A DNA stretch of 64,000 bases from Acidobacteriota bacterium (GCA_017304135.1 JAFLBB010000007.1:7404-71403), one strand, 5' to 3'; shown: positions 22,884 through 33,430, counted from the first letter of the stretch. Notes: generated by a model from the letters alone, not told the origin. Numbers and translations: made by a program.

Positions 22884-25178
22884 ATGATGGCGACACGCAG
22901 TAGCCGGCAGGCGGAGGCGGAGCCTACGCTGCGGCGGGCCGGGCAACGGGAAACAACGCTGGAGCTGTCGCTACGCGGCCGCGAGGCGTTGGGCAAGCGC
23001 GTCGGGCAATATCAACTGGAGCGAGTGCTCGGCCATGGCGGCATGGGGACTGTCTACCTGGCCAGCCGCGCCGACCAGCAGTATGAGAAGCGCGTCGCCA
23101 TCAAGCTGATCAAATCAGGGCTTGCCACAGAGAACCTGATGACGCGGTTCCGGGTGGAGCGTCAGATTCTGGCCAAGCTCGATCATCCGAACATCGCGCG
23201 TATGTTCGACGGGGGCGTGACCGAGGCCGGCGAGCCCTACTTCGTGATGGAGTATGTCGCCGGGGCGCTGCCTCTGGACGAATACTGCGACCAGAATGAG
23301 CTCGACATGCGGCAGCGTCTCGAGGTGTTCCGCCAGGTGTGCGAGGCGGCGCAGTATGCACACCGGTTCCTTGTCGTGCACCGGGACATCAAGCCAGGCA
23401 ATATTCTCGTGTCGCGGCACGGGCTGGTGAAGCTGATGGACTTCGGCATCGCCAAGGACCTCATGGCGGGGGCCAAGGCGGACCAGGCGGTGGATGCGGG
23501 CTATGGGCGTTCCATGACGCCGCGCTATGCGAGCCCGGAACAGATGGGCGGCGGAGCGATTGGAACGGCGAGTGACATCTACTCGCTGGGGGTGATCCTG
23601 TATGAGCTGTTGACCGGCTGCGGTCCCTACCGCGCCGACGATCACGATTTGGATGAGCTGCGGCGCCAGGTGTGCGAAGCCGAGCCAGTGGGCATCCGGC
23701 GGCGGCTGTCGCCGAGGCTTGAGCCGGGCCTGACCGAAGTACAACGGCAGCAGATGCTGCATGTGCGGGGCTGGAAGAGCTTGCGGGCGATGGAGGGGGC
23801 GCTGGAAGGCGATCTGGAGTGGATCGTCCGGAAAGCGATGGCCAAGGACCCGCAGCAGCGCTATGCGAGCGTGGAGCAGTTGAGCGCCGACGTGCAGCGG
23901 CACCTGACGGGCCTGCCGGTGCTGGCCGCGCCCGATCATTTCGCCTACAAGCTGAAGAAGCAGTTGGGGCGGCACAGGGTGGCGGCGACGGTGGCGGCCA
24001 TCCTGCTGGTGGCCATTGTCGGCTTTGGGCTGAGCATGGCGGTGCTGGCCGGGACGTTGACACGCGAGCGCGATCGCATGGCCCGGGAGCGCGAGCGGGC
24101 CGAACAAGTAGCGCAGTTCATGGGACGGATGTTCGAGGTGAGCTATCCGAACGAAGCGCGCGGCAACCGGGCCATGGCGCGCGATGTGTTGCGGCAGGCG
24201 GCGCGCGAGGCGGGTCCGCGGTTTGCGCAGCAGCCAAGGGTGCTGGCCACTGTGTGGTGGACGCTGGGCGAGGCCTATCGCAACCTGGCAATCCCTTCGG
24301 AAGCGATTCCACTGCTGGAACGGGCGCTGGCACTGCAGTTGGAACAGGCCGGGGCGACCAGCCTGGAGGTGGCCGAGGTTTCGGTGTCGTTGGGGCAGTC
24401 GCGGGCGGCGCAGGGGGAGTGGGCGCAGGCGGAACGGCACCTGCGGCAGGCGATATCCATCCGTGCGGCGGCGTTGGGCGAGGATGCCGACGCCACGATC
24501 AAAGCGCGCGTGGAACTGGCGCGCGTGTTGCGCGGCACGGGACAGGAGCGCGAGGCGGAGAAGCTCCTGCGGCAGGCCCTGGATCCGCTGCGCAAACAGG
24601 GAAATGATATCGACCTCGCCGCCGTGCAGGGGGAACTGTCGGGGTTGCTGGCGTCGCGCGGTGTCTTGCGCGAAGCAGAGGACCTGGCGCGCGAGTCGCT
24701 GGCGCTGCGGCGAAAGCTCTACGGCGAGGAACACGTCAGCGTGGCGGCGAGCCTGGAGTTGCTGGGTGAGATTTTGCTGCAGCAGGACAGGGAGTTCATG
24801 GCCGGCCCGCACTTGAAGCAGTCGCTGGCCCTGCGGCGGAGGCTGCTTGGTCAGGATCATGAGCTGACAGCGCGGGTGATGGAGAAGTTGGCGCGGGCCG
24901 AGGAGGCCACCGGGGGCGCCGAGGAAGCGGGCCGCCTGCTGGAAGAGGCGCTGGCGATGGAGCGGCGCATGTGGAGCGAGGGGCACAAGGAGCTGTTGGG
25001 CGTGTTGGAGCAGTACGCGGGGTATCTGTCACGGCATGGGCGGATGAAGGACGCTGAACCGATGTTCGCCGAGGCGGCCGCGGTGGCGGCGCGCCACTAT
25101 CCGCATGACACGGCGCTGATGGAGCGGCTGGCCAAAAAACGCTCAGCGGCGGTGACGGCGGGGGGCGCGGGGCGGTGA
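22884..25178 (+). CDS. serine/threonine protein kinase with TM segment and C-terminal TPR repeats
   Basis: Hanks kinase motifs GHGGMGTVY, VAIK, HRDIKPGNILV, DFGIAK, SPEQ. TM helix VAATVAAILLVAIVGFGL, then about 400 aa of TPR-like repeats. Confidence 0.85.
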   Translation: MMATRSSRQAEAEPTLRRAGQRETTLELSLRGREALGKRVGQYQLERVLGHGGMGTVYLASRADQQYEKRVAIKLIKSGLATENLMTRFRVERQILAKLDHPNIARMFDGGVTEAGEPYFVMEYVAGALPLDEYCDQNELDMRQRLEVFRQVCEAAQYAHRFLVVHRDIKPGNILVSRHGLVKLMDFGIAKDLMAGAKADQAVDAGYGRSMTPRYASPEQMGGGAIGTASDIYSLGVILYELLTGCGPYRADDHDLDELRRQVCEAEPVGIRRRLSPRLEPGLTEVQRQQMLHVRGWKSLRAMEGALEGDLEWIVRKAMAKDPQQRYASVEQLSADVQRHLTGLPVLAAPDHFAYKLKKQLGRHRVAATVAAILLVAIVGFGLSMAVLAGTLTRERDRMARERERAEQVAQFMGRMFEVSYPNEARGNRAMARDVLRQAAREAGPRFAQQPRVLATVWWTLGEAYRNLAIPSEAIPLLERALALQLEQAGATSLEVAEVSVSLGQSRAAQGEWAQAERHLRQAISIRAAALGEDADATIKARVELARVLRGTGQEREAEKLLRQALDPLRKQGNDIDLAAVQGELSGLLASRGVLREAEDLARESLALRRKLYGEEHVSVAASLELLGEILLQQDREFMAGPHLKQSLALRRRLLGQDHELTARVMEKLARAEEATGGAEEAGRLLEEALAMERRMWSEGHKELLGVLEQYAGYLSRHGRMKDAEPMFAEAAAVAARHYPHDTALMERLAKKRSAAVTAGGAGR

Positions 25179-25326
25179 TTTCGGGGGGATTGGGGCGGTA
25201 AAGGTAGCCAATTGTACCGGTACGTTCATTTTGGGCGTGGGCAATCGAGAATTGAGAGTTTCAGTTTACGCTCTGTCAAGCGTGGTGCGCGTGTTGCCAT
25301 CACGAATTCATCGGAGAGGAACTGAA

Positions 25327-25989
25327 ATGCGGAAACTAGGATGGTTGATGGGGCTTCTTGCAGGGGGCGTGTGTTCGGCCGCCATGGTGGGTGTCGAGAC
25401 GTTTGAGACCGGGCTGTCTGGCTTCCAGCAAGGGTCCACTTCCACAGTGGTGGCACATTCGGCCACGGGAGGAAACCCGGATGGCCAGATGCTGTTGCGG
25501 CGTGACCTGCAAAACCCGGGCGAGATGGGCGGGCGCACGACGACAAATGCGATCTTCATCGGCGACTACGCAGCAGCGGGAATTGGGGGCATGACAGTGG
25601 ACCTGAATTTCGGCACTGACAATGTGACGGGCGCGTTCTTCCGCCTGCGGTCCGGAATCTCGGACAACGGTTGGCGCGCGCCGCTCACCAACCAGTTCAC
25701 GCCGACCAACACGTGGTCCACGTACACACTGTTCTTTGACCCTACCTGGACGGATGCGGAGGCGCAGCTGGCCGGTTGGACGCAGGAAGCCGGACCCTCA
25801 CCATCGTTTGCCACCCTGATGGCCTCCGTGGGCTGGGCAGAGATTCGAATCACGGGACTTGAAACGAGCACGATTGTCGGCGTTGACAACTTCGGCCTTA
25901 CCTCGGGTGTGCCGGAGCCATCCACGGCGCTACTGCTGGGGTGCGGGCTTGGCGCGCTCGTTGCCTGGCGACGCCGCCGCTCAGGCTAA
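25327..25989 (+). CDS. PEP-CTERM sorting-domain secreted protein
   Basis: Signal peptide MRKLGWLMGLLAGGVCSAAMVG. C-terminal VPEPSTALLLGCGLGALVAWRRRRSG (PEP motif, TM helix, basic tail). GGAGAGGA Shine-Dalgarno upstream. Confidence 0.7.
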   Translation: MRKLGWLMGLLAGGVCSAAMVGVETFETGLSGFQQGSTSTVVAHSATGGNPDGQMLLRRDLQNPGEMGGRTTTNAIFIGDYAAAGIGGMTVDLNFGTDNVTGAFFRLRSGISDNGWRAPLTNQFTPTNTWSTYTLFFDPTWTDAEAQLAGWTQEAGPSPSFATLMASVGWAEIRITGLETSTIVGVDNFGLTSGVPEPSTALLLGCGLGALVAWRRRRSG

Positions 25990-26085
25990 GACCTGATCGA
26001 CTGTGATGGCCGGGCCGAGTCACGGCGGGGACGTATCTCCCGATCCTGGCCTTGGCTCGAGCAGGGGCTTGTGCCCCCAGCAAGC

Positions 26086-27327
26086 TCAGCGCTCCTGGCG
26101 CACACGGCGGTCGAGGTCGGCGGTGACCTGAGGGAGCGTTTCGAGATTGCGCAGCAGGTTGCGGGCGCCGTCGGCGCCGTAGGCGGTGATCAAGGCGTCG
26201 GCGGCGATGTAGGCTGCGGCATAGGCGACGCGGGCATGCTGCGGGCTGAGCCGCGACCAGGTGCCGCTCAGCCGGCCGAGCGACGGGAGCTGGCTCTGGC
26301 GGGCCATCTGACGGACCAGGGCCAGGTCGGACGGGGGCGGGGCGTCTCCGGAGAGCTTCTGCGCCAGTCCCTCGTGAAGCCAGGCTGGATATTGGCCCAT
26401 GTTGGCCAGACAGGCGTGCACGATCTCGTGGGCGAAAGCGCGGCGTGTCTCCTCGCCCATGCGTCCGCCGTCCAGCAGGGCGACGCGGATGCGACCGTCA
26501 TACTGCCCGCCTGCCCATTCGGCGGCCCCGGTGGTGCGGCGGAAGGCGTCCACCGACTGGACCACGACCACCATCCTCTCCTCGCTCCGGCAACCGAGGG
26601 TCTCTGAAATTCGGCTGAATTCCGAGTCGAGCATGGGGACGATGGTGCGGGCCTGCTCAGGGGTCACCTCGCGGGTGTCGTACCGGAAAACGAAGCGCAT
26701 GCCAAAGAGCTTCTCCGAACTCTGGTCGGCTTCCAGTTCGCGGCGGGCCGCGACGAGCATGCGCTCAATGGCCGGGCTCTTCTTGATTGCAAGCGACTGT
26801 TCCCAATACTGAATGGCGTCCGACGTCCGGTCACTGCGCTGGGCGGCAAGGCCGGCCAGGGCGAGTAGATCCGGCTGGGGACCCTGCTGCCTGATCATCG
26901 CCTCGGCAATGGTGAGCGCCTCAGCAGGCTGGTTGGCGTTGAGCAACTGGGTCGCTTTCAGCAGCCGTGCGTCCGAGGAGCCGGGAATGTGCAGCGACGC
27001 GGCCGCCGTCGCGGCCTTGGGCTCCGGCGGGGCTTCCGGCGTGGGCGTGTTGAACTGCGTGGCCGCGTTGCGGGCTTTCTCGAATTCCTCCAGGTTGGTA
27101 AGCGCCGACGCGGGCAGCCAGCCTTCCCACTGACGCCCACCGGACTCGGCGGCGACCTTGTAACACGGCCCATCCTCGGAGGCCAGGGCGTAGCGGATGG
27201 AGACCGTATCGCCTGGGTTGAGCTGTGCCACCGCCTCGCTCGACCCGTCGCAGGCGGCGCGCAGCGGGGTGGCGTCACGCGAGACGGTATGGGCGGCGGC
27301 AAGGAATAACAAAAGGGGGACCAGCAC
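26086..27327 (-). CDS. putative secreted zinc metallopeptidase (HExxH…E gluzincin-like) with TPR-like N-terminal region
   Basis: HEIVHACL…EGLAQ motif, helical repeat region and a signal-like VLVPLLLFLAAAHT. The ORF-track start at 27492 would overlap the divergent gene at 27447; GTG 27327 is proposed instead. Start is uncertain. Confidence 0.5.
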   Translation of the reverse strand: MLVPLLLFLAAAHTVSRDATPLRAACDGSSEAVAQLNPGDTVSIRYALASEDGPCYKVAAESGGRQWEGWLPASALTNLEEFEKARNAATQFNTPTPEAPPEPKAATAAASLHIPGSSDARLLKATQLLNANQPAEALTIAEAMIRQQGPQPDLLALAGLAAQRSDRTSDAIQYWEQSLAIKKSPAIERMLVAARRELEADQSSEKLFGMRFVFRYDTREVTPEQARTIVPMLDSEFSRISETLGCRSEERMVVVVQSVDAFRRTTGAAEWAGGQYDGRIRVALLDGGRMGEETRRAFAHEIVHACLANMGQYPAWLHEGLAQKLSGDAPPPSDLALVRQMARQSQLPSLGRLSGTWSRLSPQHARVAYAAAYIAADALITAYGADGARNLLRNLETLPQVTADLDRRVRQER

Positions 27328-27446
27328 ATCCGCATTATCGGCCGCCAAGCCGGCCCGCGATAGAGCGACGCCGGCGCCGCGTTTTCTATAATGGGAACAC
27401 TGCTGGGCGTTTGCCGGGCAAACACAACCATTTAGGTAGGAAGACC

Positions 27447-28145
27447 ATGCGATTCGTGCGCACACTGGCCGCGTCGCTCCTGATCGGCCCACTCGCCGTT
27501 GCGAACAATCTCCCCGAGCCGCCGAGGCCCTTTGACTGGGGTTCGGCGCTCAAACAATCGGTCCTGTTTCTGGGTGTTCAGCACGGCTTTCGGATCGCCA
27601 CCGAGCCTGGCACCCGGTTGGCGCTGAAGGGCCCCTTTCTGCGCGACTATGCCCGCTCGGCCAGCGGCGTCCGCGGCTGGGGCGATGGCGACCCGTTCAT
27701 CGTGAACTACGTCGGCCACCCCTTCCAGGGAGCCGTCAGCGGCTACATTCAGGTCCAAAATGACCCCAGCTACCGGCGCGTGGAGTTCGGCGCCTCCGGC
27801 GTCTACTGGAAGAGCCGTATGCGCGCCATGGGGTTCGCCGCCCTCTACAGCGCGCAGTTTGAGCTCGGGCCGGTGAGCGAAGCGTCTCTGGGCAACGTCG
27901 GCTTCGACCGGAAATCGGCAGGCGCCGTGGACCTGGTGGTCTCACCGCTTGGCGGGTTGGGTGTGATCGTCGCCGAGGACGCCATGGACCGCTTTGTCAT
28001 CCGCCGCGCCGAGCGGTTGAGCGGTAATCCGTATTACCGGTTGATTTTGAGGGGTGTACTAAATCCGAACCGTAGCTTCGCCAACATTTTGCGCCGGAAA
28101 GTTCCTTGGCACCGCGACACGCGGGGTGGACTTTGGGAGCCGTAG
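27447..28145 (+). CDS. hypothetical secreted protein
   Basis: ATG 27447 with AGGTAGGAAG Shine-Dalgarno and signal peptide MRFVRTLAASLLIGPLAVA. No family recognised. Confidence 0.5.
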   Translation: MRFVRTLAASLLIGPLAVANNLPEPPRPFDWGSALKQSVLFLGVQHGFRIATEPGTRLALKGPFLRDYARSASGVRGWGDGDPFIVNYVGHPFQGAVSGYIQVQNDPSYRRVEFGASGVYWKSRMRAMGFAALYSAQFELGPVSEASLGNVGFDRKSAGAVDLVVSPLGGLGVIVAEDAMDRFVIRRAERLSGNPYYRLILRGVLNPNRSFANILRRKVPWHRDTRGGLWEP

Positions 28146-28229
28146 ACAAGGTCGACACAAACAAGCAAATCGTTACGAGGCATTATCTTAGGCCATCGAT
28201 TCGAAAGTAAAGGTTAAACCCAGCGCACC

Positions 28230-28709
28230 CTACCAGGCTTCCTTCAGCCGCCGCAAGGTGGTGGACAGCTCCTCAGGAAGGACCCGCGTTTCCCCCACCG
28301 TCGTAATGAAGCCGGCGTCGCCGACCCAGCGTGGCAGCAGGTGCATGTGGATGTGACCCGCCACCCCAGCCCCGGCGCAGGAGCCGATGTTCATGCCGAT
28401 GTTGATGCCCTGCGGGCGGTAGACACGCCGCAACAAGGCCTCGGCGTGGCGGGTGAGGGCGAACAACTCGTCGGCGGTGGACTGGTCGATCTCTTCGAGC
28501 GTGGCCGCATGGGCGTAGGGAGCGACCATCAGGTGGCCGTTGTTGTAAGGAAAGAGGTTCAGCAGCGCGAAGGCGTGCCGGCCGCGGTGCAGGATGAGAT
28601 TGGCCTCATCGTCCTGGGCGGCGGGCTTGGTGCAGAAGATGCAGCCCTCGGGCGGGGCCGGTGCGGAGCTAATGTACTGATAGCGCCAGGGGGTCCAGAG
28701 GCGGTCCAC
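28230..28709 (-). CDS. HIT family protein (histidine triad hydrolase)
   Basis: C-terminal HLHMHLLPR (HxHxHxx) motif. 159 aa. Confidence 0.85.
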   Translation of the reverse strand: MDRLWTPWRYQYISSAPAPPEGCIFCTKPAAQDDEANLILHRGRHAFALLNLFPYNNGHLMVAPYAHAATLEEIDQSTADELFALTRHAEALLRRVYRPQGINIGMNIGSCAGAGVAGHIHMHLLPRWVGDAGFITTVGETRVLPEELSTTLRRLKEAW

Positions 28710-28720
28710 GGTGGTGGGCG

Positions 28721-29035
28721 TTACGCCTGCGGGGTGGCGCCGGCGTCCGGGGCGGCTTCCTCGCCATTGACGAGATCCTTCAACTCCTTGGAAGGCTTGA
28801 AGTAAGGGATGCGCTTGGCGGGCACCTCAACGCGGGCGCCGGTCTTCGGATTGCGCCCAATGCGGGCCTGCCGCTGGCGGGTGCGGAAGGAGCCGAAACC
28901 GCGAATCTCGATCTTGTCGCCGCCGCGCAGGGAGCGGACCACAGAGTCAAAGATCGCCTCGACGATGACCTCGGAGTCTTTCCGGGTCATTTCGACAACG
29001 CGCGATACTTCTTCGATCAGGTCGGCTTTGGTCAT
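28721..29035 (-). CDS. HU/IHF family DNA-binding protein
   Basis: MTKADLIEEV…GFGSFRTRQRQARIGRNPKTGARVEVPAKRIPYFKPSKELK, the classic HU beta-arm signature. Start taken at the internal Met (29035) rather than the 127-aa ORF start. Confidence 0.85.
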   Translation of the reverse strand: MTKADLIEEVSRVVEMTRKDSEVIVEAIFDSVVRSLRGGDKIEIRGFGSFRTRQRQARIGRNPKTGARVEVPAKRIPYFKPSKELKDLVNGEEAAPDAGATPQA

Positions 29036-29150
29036 GGTCGGCTCTCTCCTTGGTGACGGCTGCGCTGGTTGAACTGGTTGACGCCCATGAGTTTGCGTCA
29101 TCAAACCTACATCCTAGCATGGGCGGGGCGGCGCGTTGCTCCCGCCTGGG

Positions 29151-30944
29151 CTATCGATCTTCCTGATTCCCCTTGAGATGGATGACTTCCTCAATGGTCA
29201 TGGTGGCGGCGGCGGCCTGGCGCTGGTAGTCCTCCAGGCGCAGGCGCTCCTCATCGGCGGCGACCGCCCGCAGGCTCAGCCCGATCTTTTTGTCGGCTTC
29301 GATCATCTTGATGATTTTGAAGTCATATTCGCCCCCCGCCGGCAGCGCCGCTTCTTCCTTCAACTGGGGGTTGAAACCGGGGATCTCGGAGTTATGACAC
29401 AGGCCCTCCACGCCAGGGGCCAGTTCCACGAAGACGCCAAAGCTGGCCGCCCGCAGCACTTTGCCGCGCACGGTGTCGCCCGGCATGTGGGCATGGAAGA
29501 ACGACTCCCAGGCATCGGGCTGCAACTGCTTGACTCCGAGCGACAACCGGCGGTCCTTGGCCTCGATGTTGAGAATCACGGCCTGGGCCATCTGTCCCTT
29601 CTTCAGCAGTTCGGAGGGGTGTTTGATGCGCTTGGTCCAGGAGAGGTCGCTGATATGGACGAGACCGTCGATGCCCTCTTCGATTTCCAGGAAAACCCCG
29701 AAATCGGTGAGCTTTCGGACACGGCCTTCAACGACGCTGCCAACCGAGTAGCGCTGCTCGATCGTTGTCCAGGGGTCGGCCTCGAGTTGCTTGATGCCCA
29801 GCGAGATGCGGTGGCTGGAGGGTTTCACCTCGAGGATGACCGCTTCCACTTCATCGCCTTGGCGGCAAACCTTCGTGGGATGCTTCATGCGCCGCGACCA
29901 GGTCATCTCCGAGATGTGGATGAGGCCCTCCACGCCCGGTTCGAGTTCGATGAACGCGCCATAGTCGGTGACGCTGACAACGCGCCCGATCACCTTGGCG
30001 CCCAACGGATAGCGGTCAGGCACGGTCTCCCACGGGTCGGCGCTGATCTGTTTCATGCCGAGTGAGATGCGCTCTTTTCCCTTGTCGAACTTCAGAACGC
30101 GGACGGTAACGCTGTCGCCCACCTGGATCATCTCGGACGGATGGCGGATGCGCCCGTAGCTCATGTCGGAGATGTGCAGCAGGCCGTCGATGCCGCCCAG
30201 GTCGATGAAGGCCCCGTAATCGGTGAGGCTCTTCACGGCGCCGGTTACCACGGCGCCTTCCTGCAGGTGGTCAAGCGTTTCTGACTTCCGGGCGACGATA
30301 TCCTCTTCGATCGCCGCCTTGCGCGACACGACGATGTTGCCGCGGCGGCGGTTGAGCTTGACGATCTTGACCGGGATGTCCTGGCCGATAAAGGCGTCCA
30401 GGTTGTGCGTCGGCCGGACGTCGATTTGCGAACCGGGCATGAAGGCCAGCACGCCCACGTCGACCGTCAGCCCGCCCTTGGTGCGGCTCATCACGCGGCC
30501 GGAAACGATGAGGCCGTCGCGGGCCGCCGTCTCCAGCGTATCCCAGGCATGCAACCGGGAGGCTTTGCGATGGCTGAGCATCACGTAGCCTTCCACCGGC
30601 GCGGCGTGGCGGTCGATCATCACGTCGATGGTGTCGCCGGGGTTCACGGCGACTGTGCCATCGGGCTGCTCGAATTCCGTCAGCGGGATGAGGCCTTCGG
30701 ACTTGTAGCCGAAATCGACGATCACATCCTTCGCGGTGATGGAGAGCACGTGGCCCTGCAACACCTCGCCCTCGGAGGGCGGCGCGAAGTGGCTGTAGTC
30801 TTCGAGCAGGTGCTCGTACTCTTCGAGCGCGGCGGCGAAGCTCTCAGTATCGTCTTGAGGAGTCTCGTTGAGTTCCGACTCCGGCGAGGGGTGCTTAGGT
30901 GCGGGAACGCCGGGGAATTGATTTTCCTGACTAGGCATTTCCAA
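29151..30944 (-). CDS. rpsA: 30S ribosomal protein S1
   Basis: Six tandem S1 domains (repeated G.V.G.V…FGAF/VFVEL motifs). 597 aa. Confidence 0.92.
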   Translation of the reverse strand: MEMPSQENQFPGVPAPKHPSPESELNETPQDDTESFAAALEEYEHLLEDYSHFAPPSEGEVLQGHVLSITAKDVIVDFGYKSEGLIPLTEFEQPDGTVAVNPGDTIDVMIDRHAAPVEGYVMLSHRKASRLHAWDTLETAARDGLIVSGRVMSRTKGGLTVDVGVLAFMPGSQIDVRPTHNLDAFIGQDIPVKIVKLNRRRGNIVVSRKAAIEEDIVARKSETLDHLQEGAVVTGAVKSLTDYGAFIDLGGIDGLLHISDMSYGRIRHPSEMIQVGDSVTVRVLKFDKGKERISLGMKQISADPWETVPDRYPLGAKVIGRVVSVTDYGAFIELEPGVEGLIHISEMTWSRRMKHPTKVCRQGDEVEAVILEVKPSSHRISLGIKQLEADPWTTIEQRYSVGSVVEGRVRKLTDFGVFLEIEEGIDGLVHISDLSWTKRIKHPSELLKKGQMAQAVILNIEAKDRRLSLGVKQLQPDAWESFFHAHMPGDTVRGKVLRAASFGVFVELAPGVEGLCHNSEIPGFNPQLKEEAALPAGGEYDFKIIKMIEADKKIGLSLRAVAADEERLRLEDYQRQAAAATMTIEEVIHLKGNQEDR

Positions 30945-31225
30945 ATCTCCAAACCGATCTGTTGGCCAACGATTCAGTTGGGCCGCCCAGCCCCCGCTCT
31001 AGTCTCGGAACGGAAACGATTTTGAACGACAAATCGTTGATAGATCGGTACTTCAGAACTATAGCGGAGGGTCGTGTTGAAGTCAACAGCGGGTCAGCCA
31101 GGACGGTACGCAGGCCTGGGAGTAGGAATTCGATAGCGTTCAAGTGGGCGAATTGCACAAGGAATGCGTGTCCGGCGTGCGCCCCCTCTCGGCCGTCCCC
31201 TGCGGGGGTGAGAACGACGGGGCGG

Positions 31226-32776
31226 TTACGGCTGCCCGGCGGGCGGCACAGAGCCGTCCGTTTTAGCCTTGCCGCCGAGTTGCTCCATGATGCTGGGCAG
31301 GTCAAGCCCCAGCGCCTGGAGTTGCTGCAAGAGGTTGAAGGCGATGGTCGGCCCGGTGGCGGCCAGCCGCGAGATGCCTGTTTGGCCCTGGCCGTTGCCC
31401 CCGCCCTGGTCGATGACCACAACCTTGTCAATGTTGCCCAGCGGCGCGGCCACGGCTCCAAAGACCCCGGTGGTGGATTCGATGATGGCGGGCAGCTTCT
31501 CAAGGATCGTCTGGAGGCGCGCGGCGTCGTTAAACTCTTTCCACGCCTCGGCTTTTTTCAGAATGGCGGTGGCCTCGGCAACGCCCTGCGCTTCGATCGC
31601 CTTGGCCTGGGCAAGACCGATGGCTTCGATCTTGGCCGCCTCGGCCCTGCCTTCGGCTTCGATGGCCGAGGCGCGGCCGACACCCTCCTTGCGCAGCTTC
31701 TCCTGCTCGGCTTCGGCGAGGGCGATGAGGGCCGAGCGGCGGCCTTCGGCTTCGAGCACGGCGGACATCTTGGCGGCTTCGGCGCGGACAATGGCGGCCT
31801 GGCGTTCGGCATCGGCCGGCTTGATCACGGTACCTTCGAGTTCCTTCTGCTTGCGCATCACCTCCTGCTCCTGGTAGGCGATCATCTCCTGCGCGCGCAC
31901 ACTTTGGATCTTCACCTCTTCGGCCACGACGGCCTGCTTGGCGCGGGCTTCGGCGAGCGGTCCGGCCTGGCCTGCCTTTGCCTTTTCGATTTCGATTTCC
32001 GCCTGATACTGGGCCTGCTTCATGGCGAAATCGCGCTGGCCTTCGGCGATCAGGGCGTCGGCGGCAAAACGGGCGCGTTCGCCATCACGCAGAGCCTCCG
32101 ACGAGCGCATCTTCGAATCGCGCTGGGCATTGGCTTCGCCGATGATGGCGTCGCGCTTCACTTCGGCGGTGCGGCGGCGGCCGAGGGCGTTCAGGTAGTC
32201 CTCGTCGTCGGAGATCTCCTGGATGGTGAGCACATCGACGCCAATGCCCATCTTTTCCAAATCGACCGTGGCCTCCGAGGTGAGCTTTTGGGCGAAGCTC
32301 TGGCGGTCAGAATTCACCTCCTCAACAGTGAGTGTGCCGAGGATCGAGCGCAGGTGGCCCTCGAGGGTCTGGAAGATGACGGCCTGCACTTGGTCGACGC
32401 GCATGCCGAGGAAGCGCTCAGCAGCGGCATGGAGCGAGGTCTCATCGCCGCGGATCTTCACGTTGGCCACGGCCTTCACGCTCACCGGGACGCCCTGCAC
32501 GGTGTAGGCGCGCTTGATCTCCAGCGGAATCGTAAAGACGTTGAGTGAGAGATAGTCGACCTTCTCAAGCAACGGAATGCGCAGCGCCGCCCCGCCACGG
32601 ACCATGCGGTAACCTACCGACTTGCCATCCGGCAGCTTACGCTTGCGTCCGCTCAGGACGGCGACCAGGTTCGGCGGCACCTTGATGTAGTTGCGGCTGA
32701 ACAGTCCAATGGCGATGAAGACCGCAATCAGAATGACAAGGACAAGAACGGGCAGCAGGAGCTGGGAGGGGATCAT
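31226..32776 (-). CDS. flotillin/SPFH (band-7) domain protein
   Basis: N-terminal TM helix, SPFH domain, long Ala/Glu-rich coiled coil (EAEQEKLRKEG…AEAAKIEAIGLAQAKAIEAQG), Gly-rich tail. Confidence 0.85.
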   Translation of the reverse strand: MIPSQLLLPVLVLVILIAVFIAIGLFSRNYIKVPPNLVAVLSGRKRKLPDGKSVGYRMVRGGAALRIPLLEKVDYLSLNVFTIPLEIKRAYTVQGVPVSVKAVANVKIRGDETSLHAAAERFLGMRVDQVQAVIFQTLEGHLRSILGTLTVEEVNSDRQSFAQKLTSEATVDLEKMGIGVDVLTIQEISDDEDYLNALGRRRTAEVKRDAIIGEANAQRDSKMRSSEALRDGERARFAADALIAEGQRDFAMKQAQYQAEIEIEKAKAGQAGPLAEARAKQAVVAEEVKIQSVRAQEMIAYQEQEVMRKQKELEGTVIKPADAERQAAIVRAEAAKMSAVLEAEGRRSALIALAEAEQEKLRKEGVGRASAIEAEGRAEAAKIEAIGLAQAKAIEAQGVAEATAILKKAEAWKEFNDAARLQTILEKLPAIIESTTGVFGAVAAPLGNIDKVVVIDQGGGNGQGQTGISRLAATGPTIAFNLLQQLQALGLDLPSIMEQLGGKAKTDGSVPPAGQP

Positions 32777-32781
32777 GACGT

Positions 32782-33339
32782 TCAGTTCTCCGAAGTGGTT
32801 TTCAATGGCTGGACGATGACGATTTCGCCGAGCACCTGATCGATGGTGACCAGCGAGTTCTCCGTGATGGCATCGCCCGAGCGCGAACGGGCGACCTTAT
32901 CAATGATCTCTTCGCCCGACTGGCATCGCACCTGGCCGACGCCGGAGGCGGGGATGCCGATGATGACACGCGCCGTATGGCCGACGAGATCCGCCGTGGT
33001 CACCATCGTGGTGGCCTGTTGCGAGTAGAGGAAGCGGGCAAACCAGTAGACGACACCGGCGCAGGCGACGCCGCCGGCAAAGCCCATGGCGCTGGAAGCA
33101 GCGATGGACATGCCGGCGTTGACGCCGATTGCGCCAAGCCCGCCAAACGCGGTCACCAGCACGCTCAGGACGCGGCTGGAGAGGAACGACGGTCCGCCGC
33201 CGTGGTCGAAGTCGGTGTCATGAGCCAGGAAGTCAAACAGCTCGCCGAAGATGAGGGAGATGAGCAGCACTCCGAAACCGAGCGCGGACAAGCCGAGGAA
33301 GACGAGGAAGGCGGAGGGTTGCTGAAGAAGTTCGGGCAT
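32782..33339 (-). CDS. NfeD-like membrane protein (SPFH partner)
   Basis: N-terminal polytopic region and C-terminal OB-fold-like soluble domain, immediately downstream of the SPFH gene. This is the conserved NfeD-flotillin arrangement. Confidence 0.65.
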   Translation of the reverse strand: MPELLQQPSAFLVFLGLSALGFGVLLISLIFGELFDFLAHDTDFDHGGGPSFLSSRVLSVLVTAFGGLGAIGVNAGMSIAASSAMGFAGGVACAGVVYWFARFLYSQQATTMVTTADLVGHTARVIIGIPASGVGQVRCQSGEEIIDKVARSRSGDAITENSLVTIDQVLGEIVIVQPLKTTSEN

Positions 33340-33430
33340 AAGGGGACGGCGCCAACACCAGCCAGCGACGAGGATAGCCCTGATGCGTAGAGGGAGTCAA
33401 CGCGCGCAGCGCCGCCACGAATCCGAGAGC

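Noticed and set aside
25990-26085. Short GGGGC-TTGT-GCCCC hairpin between the convergent PEP-CTERM and metallopeptidase genes
   Set aside because: 5-bp stem without a U-tract. Could be a weak bidirectional terminator but is too short to call.
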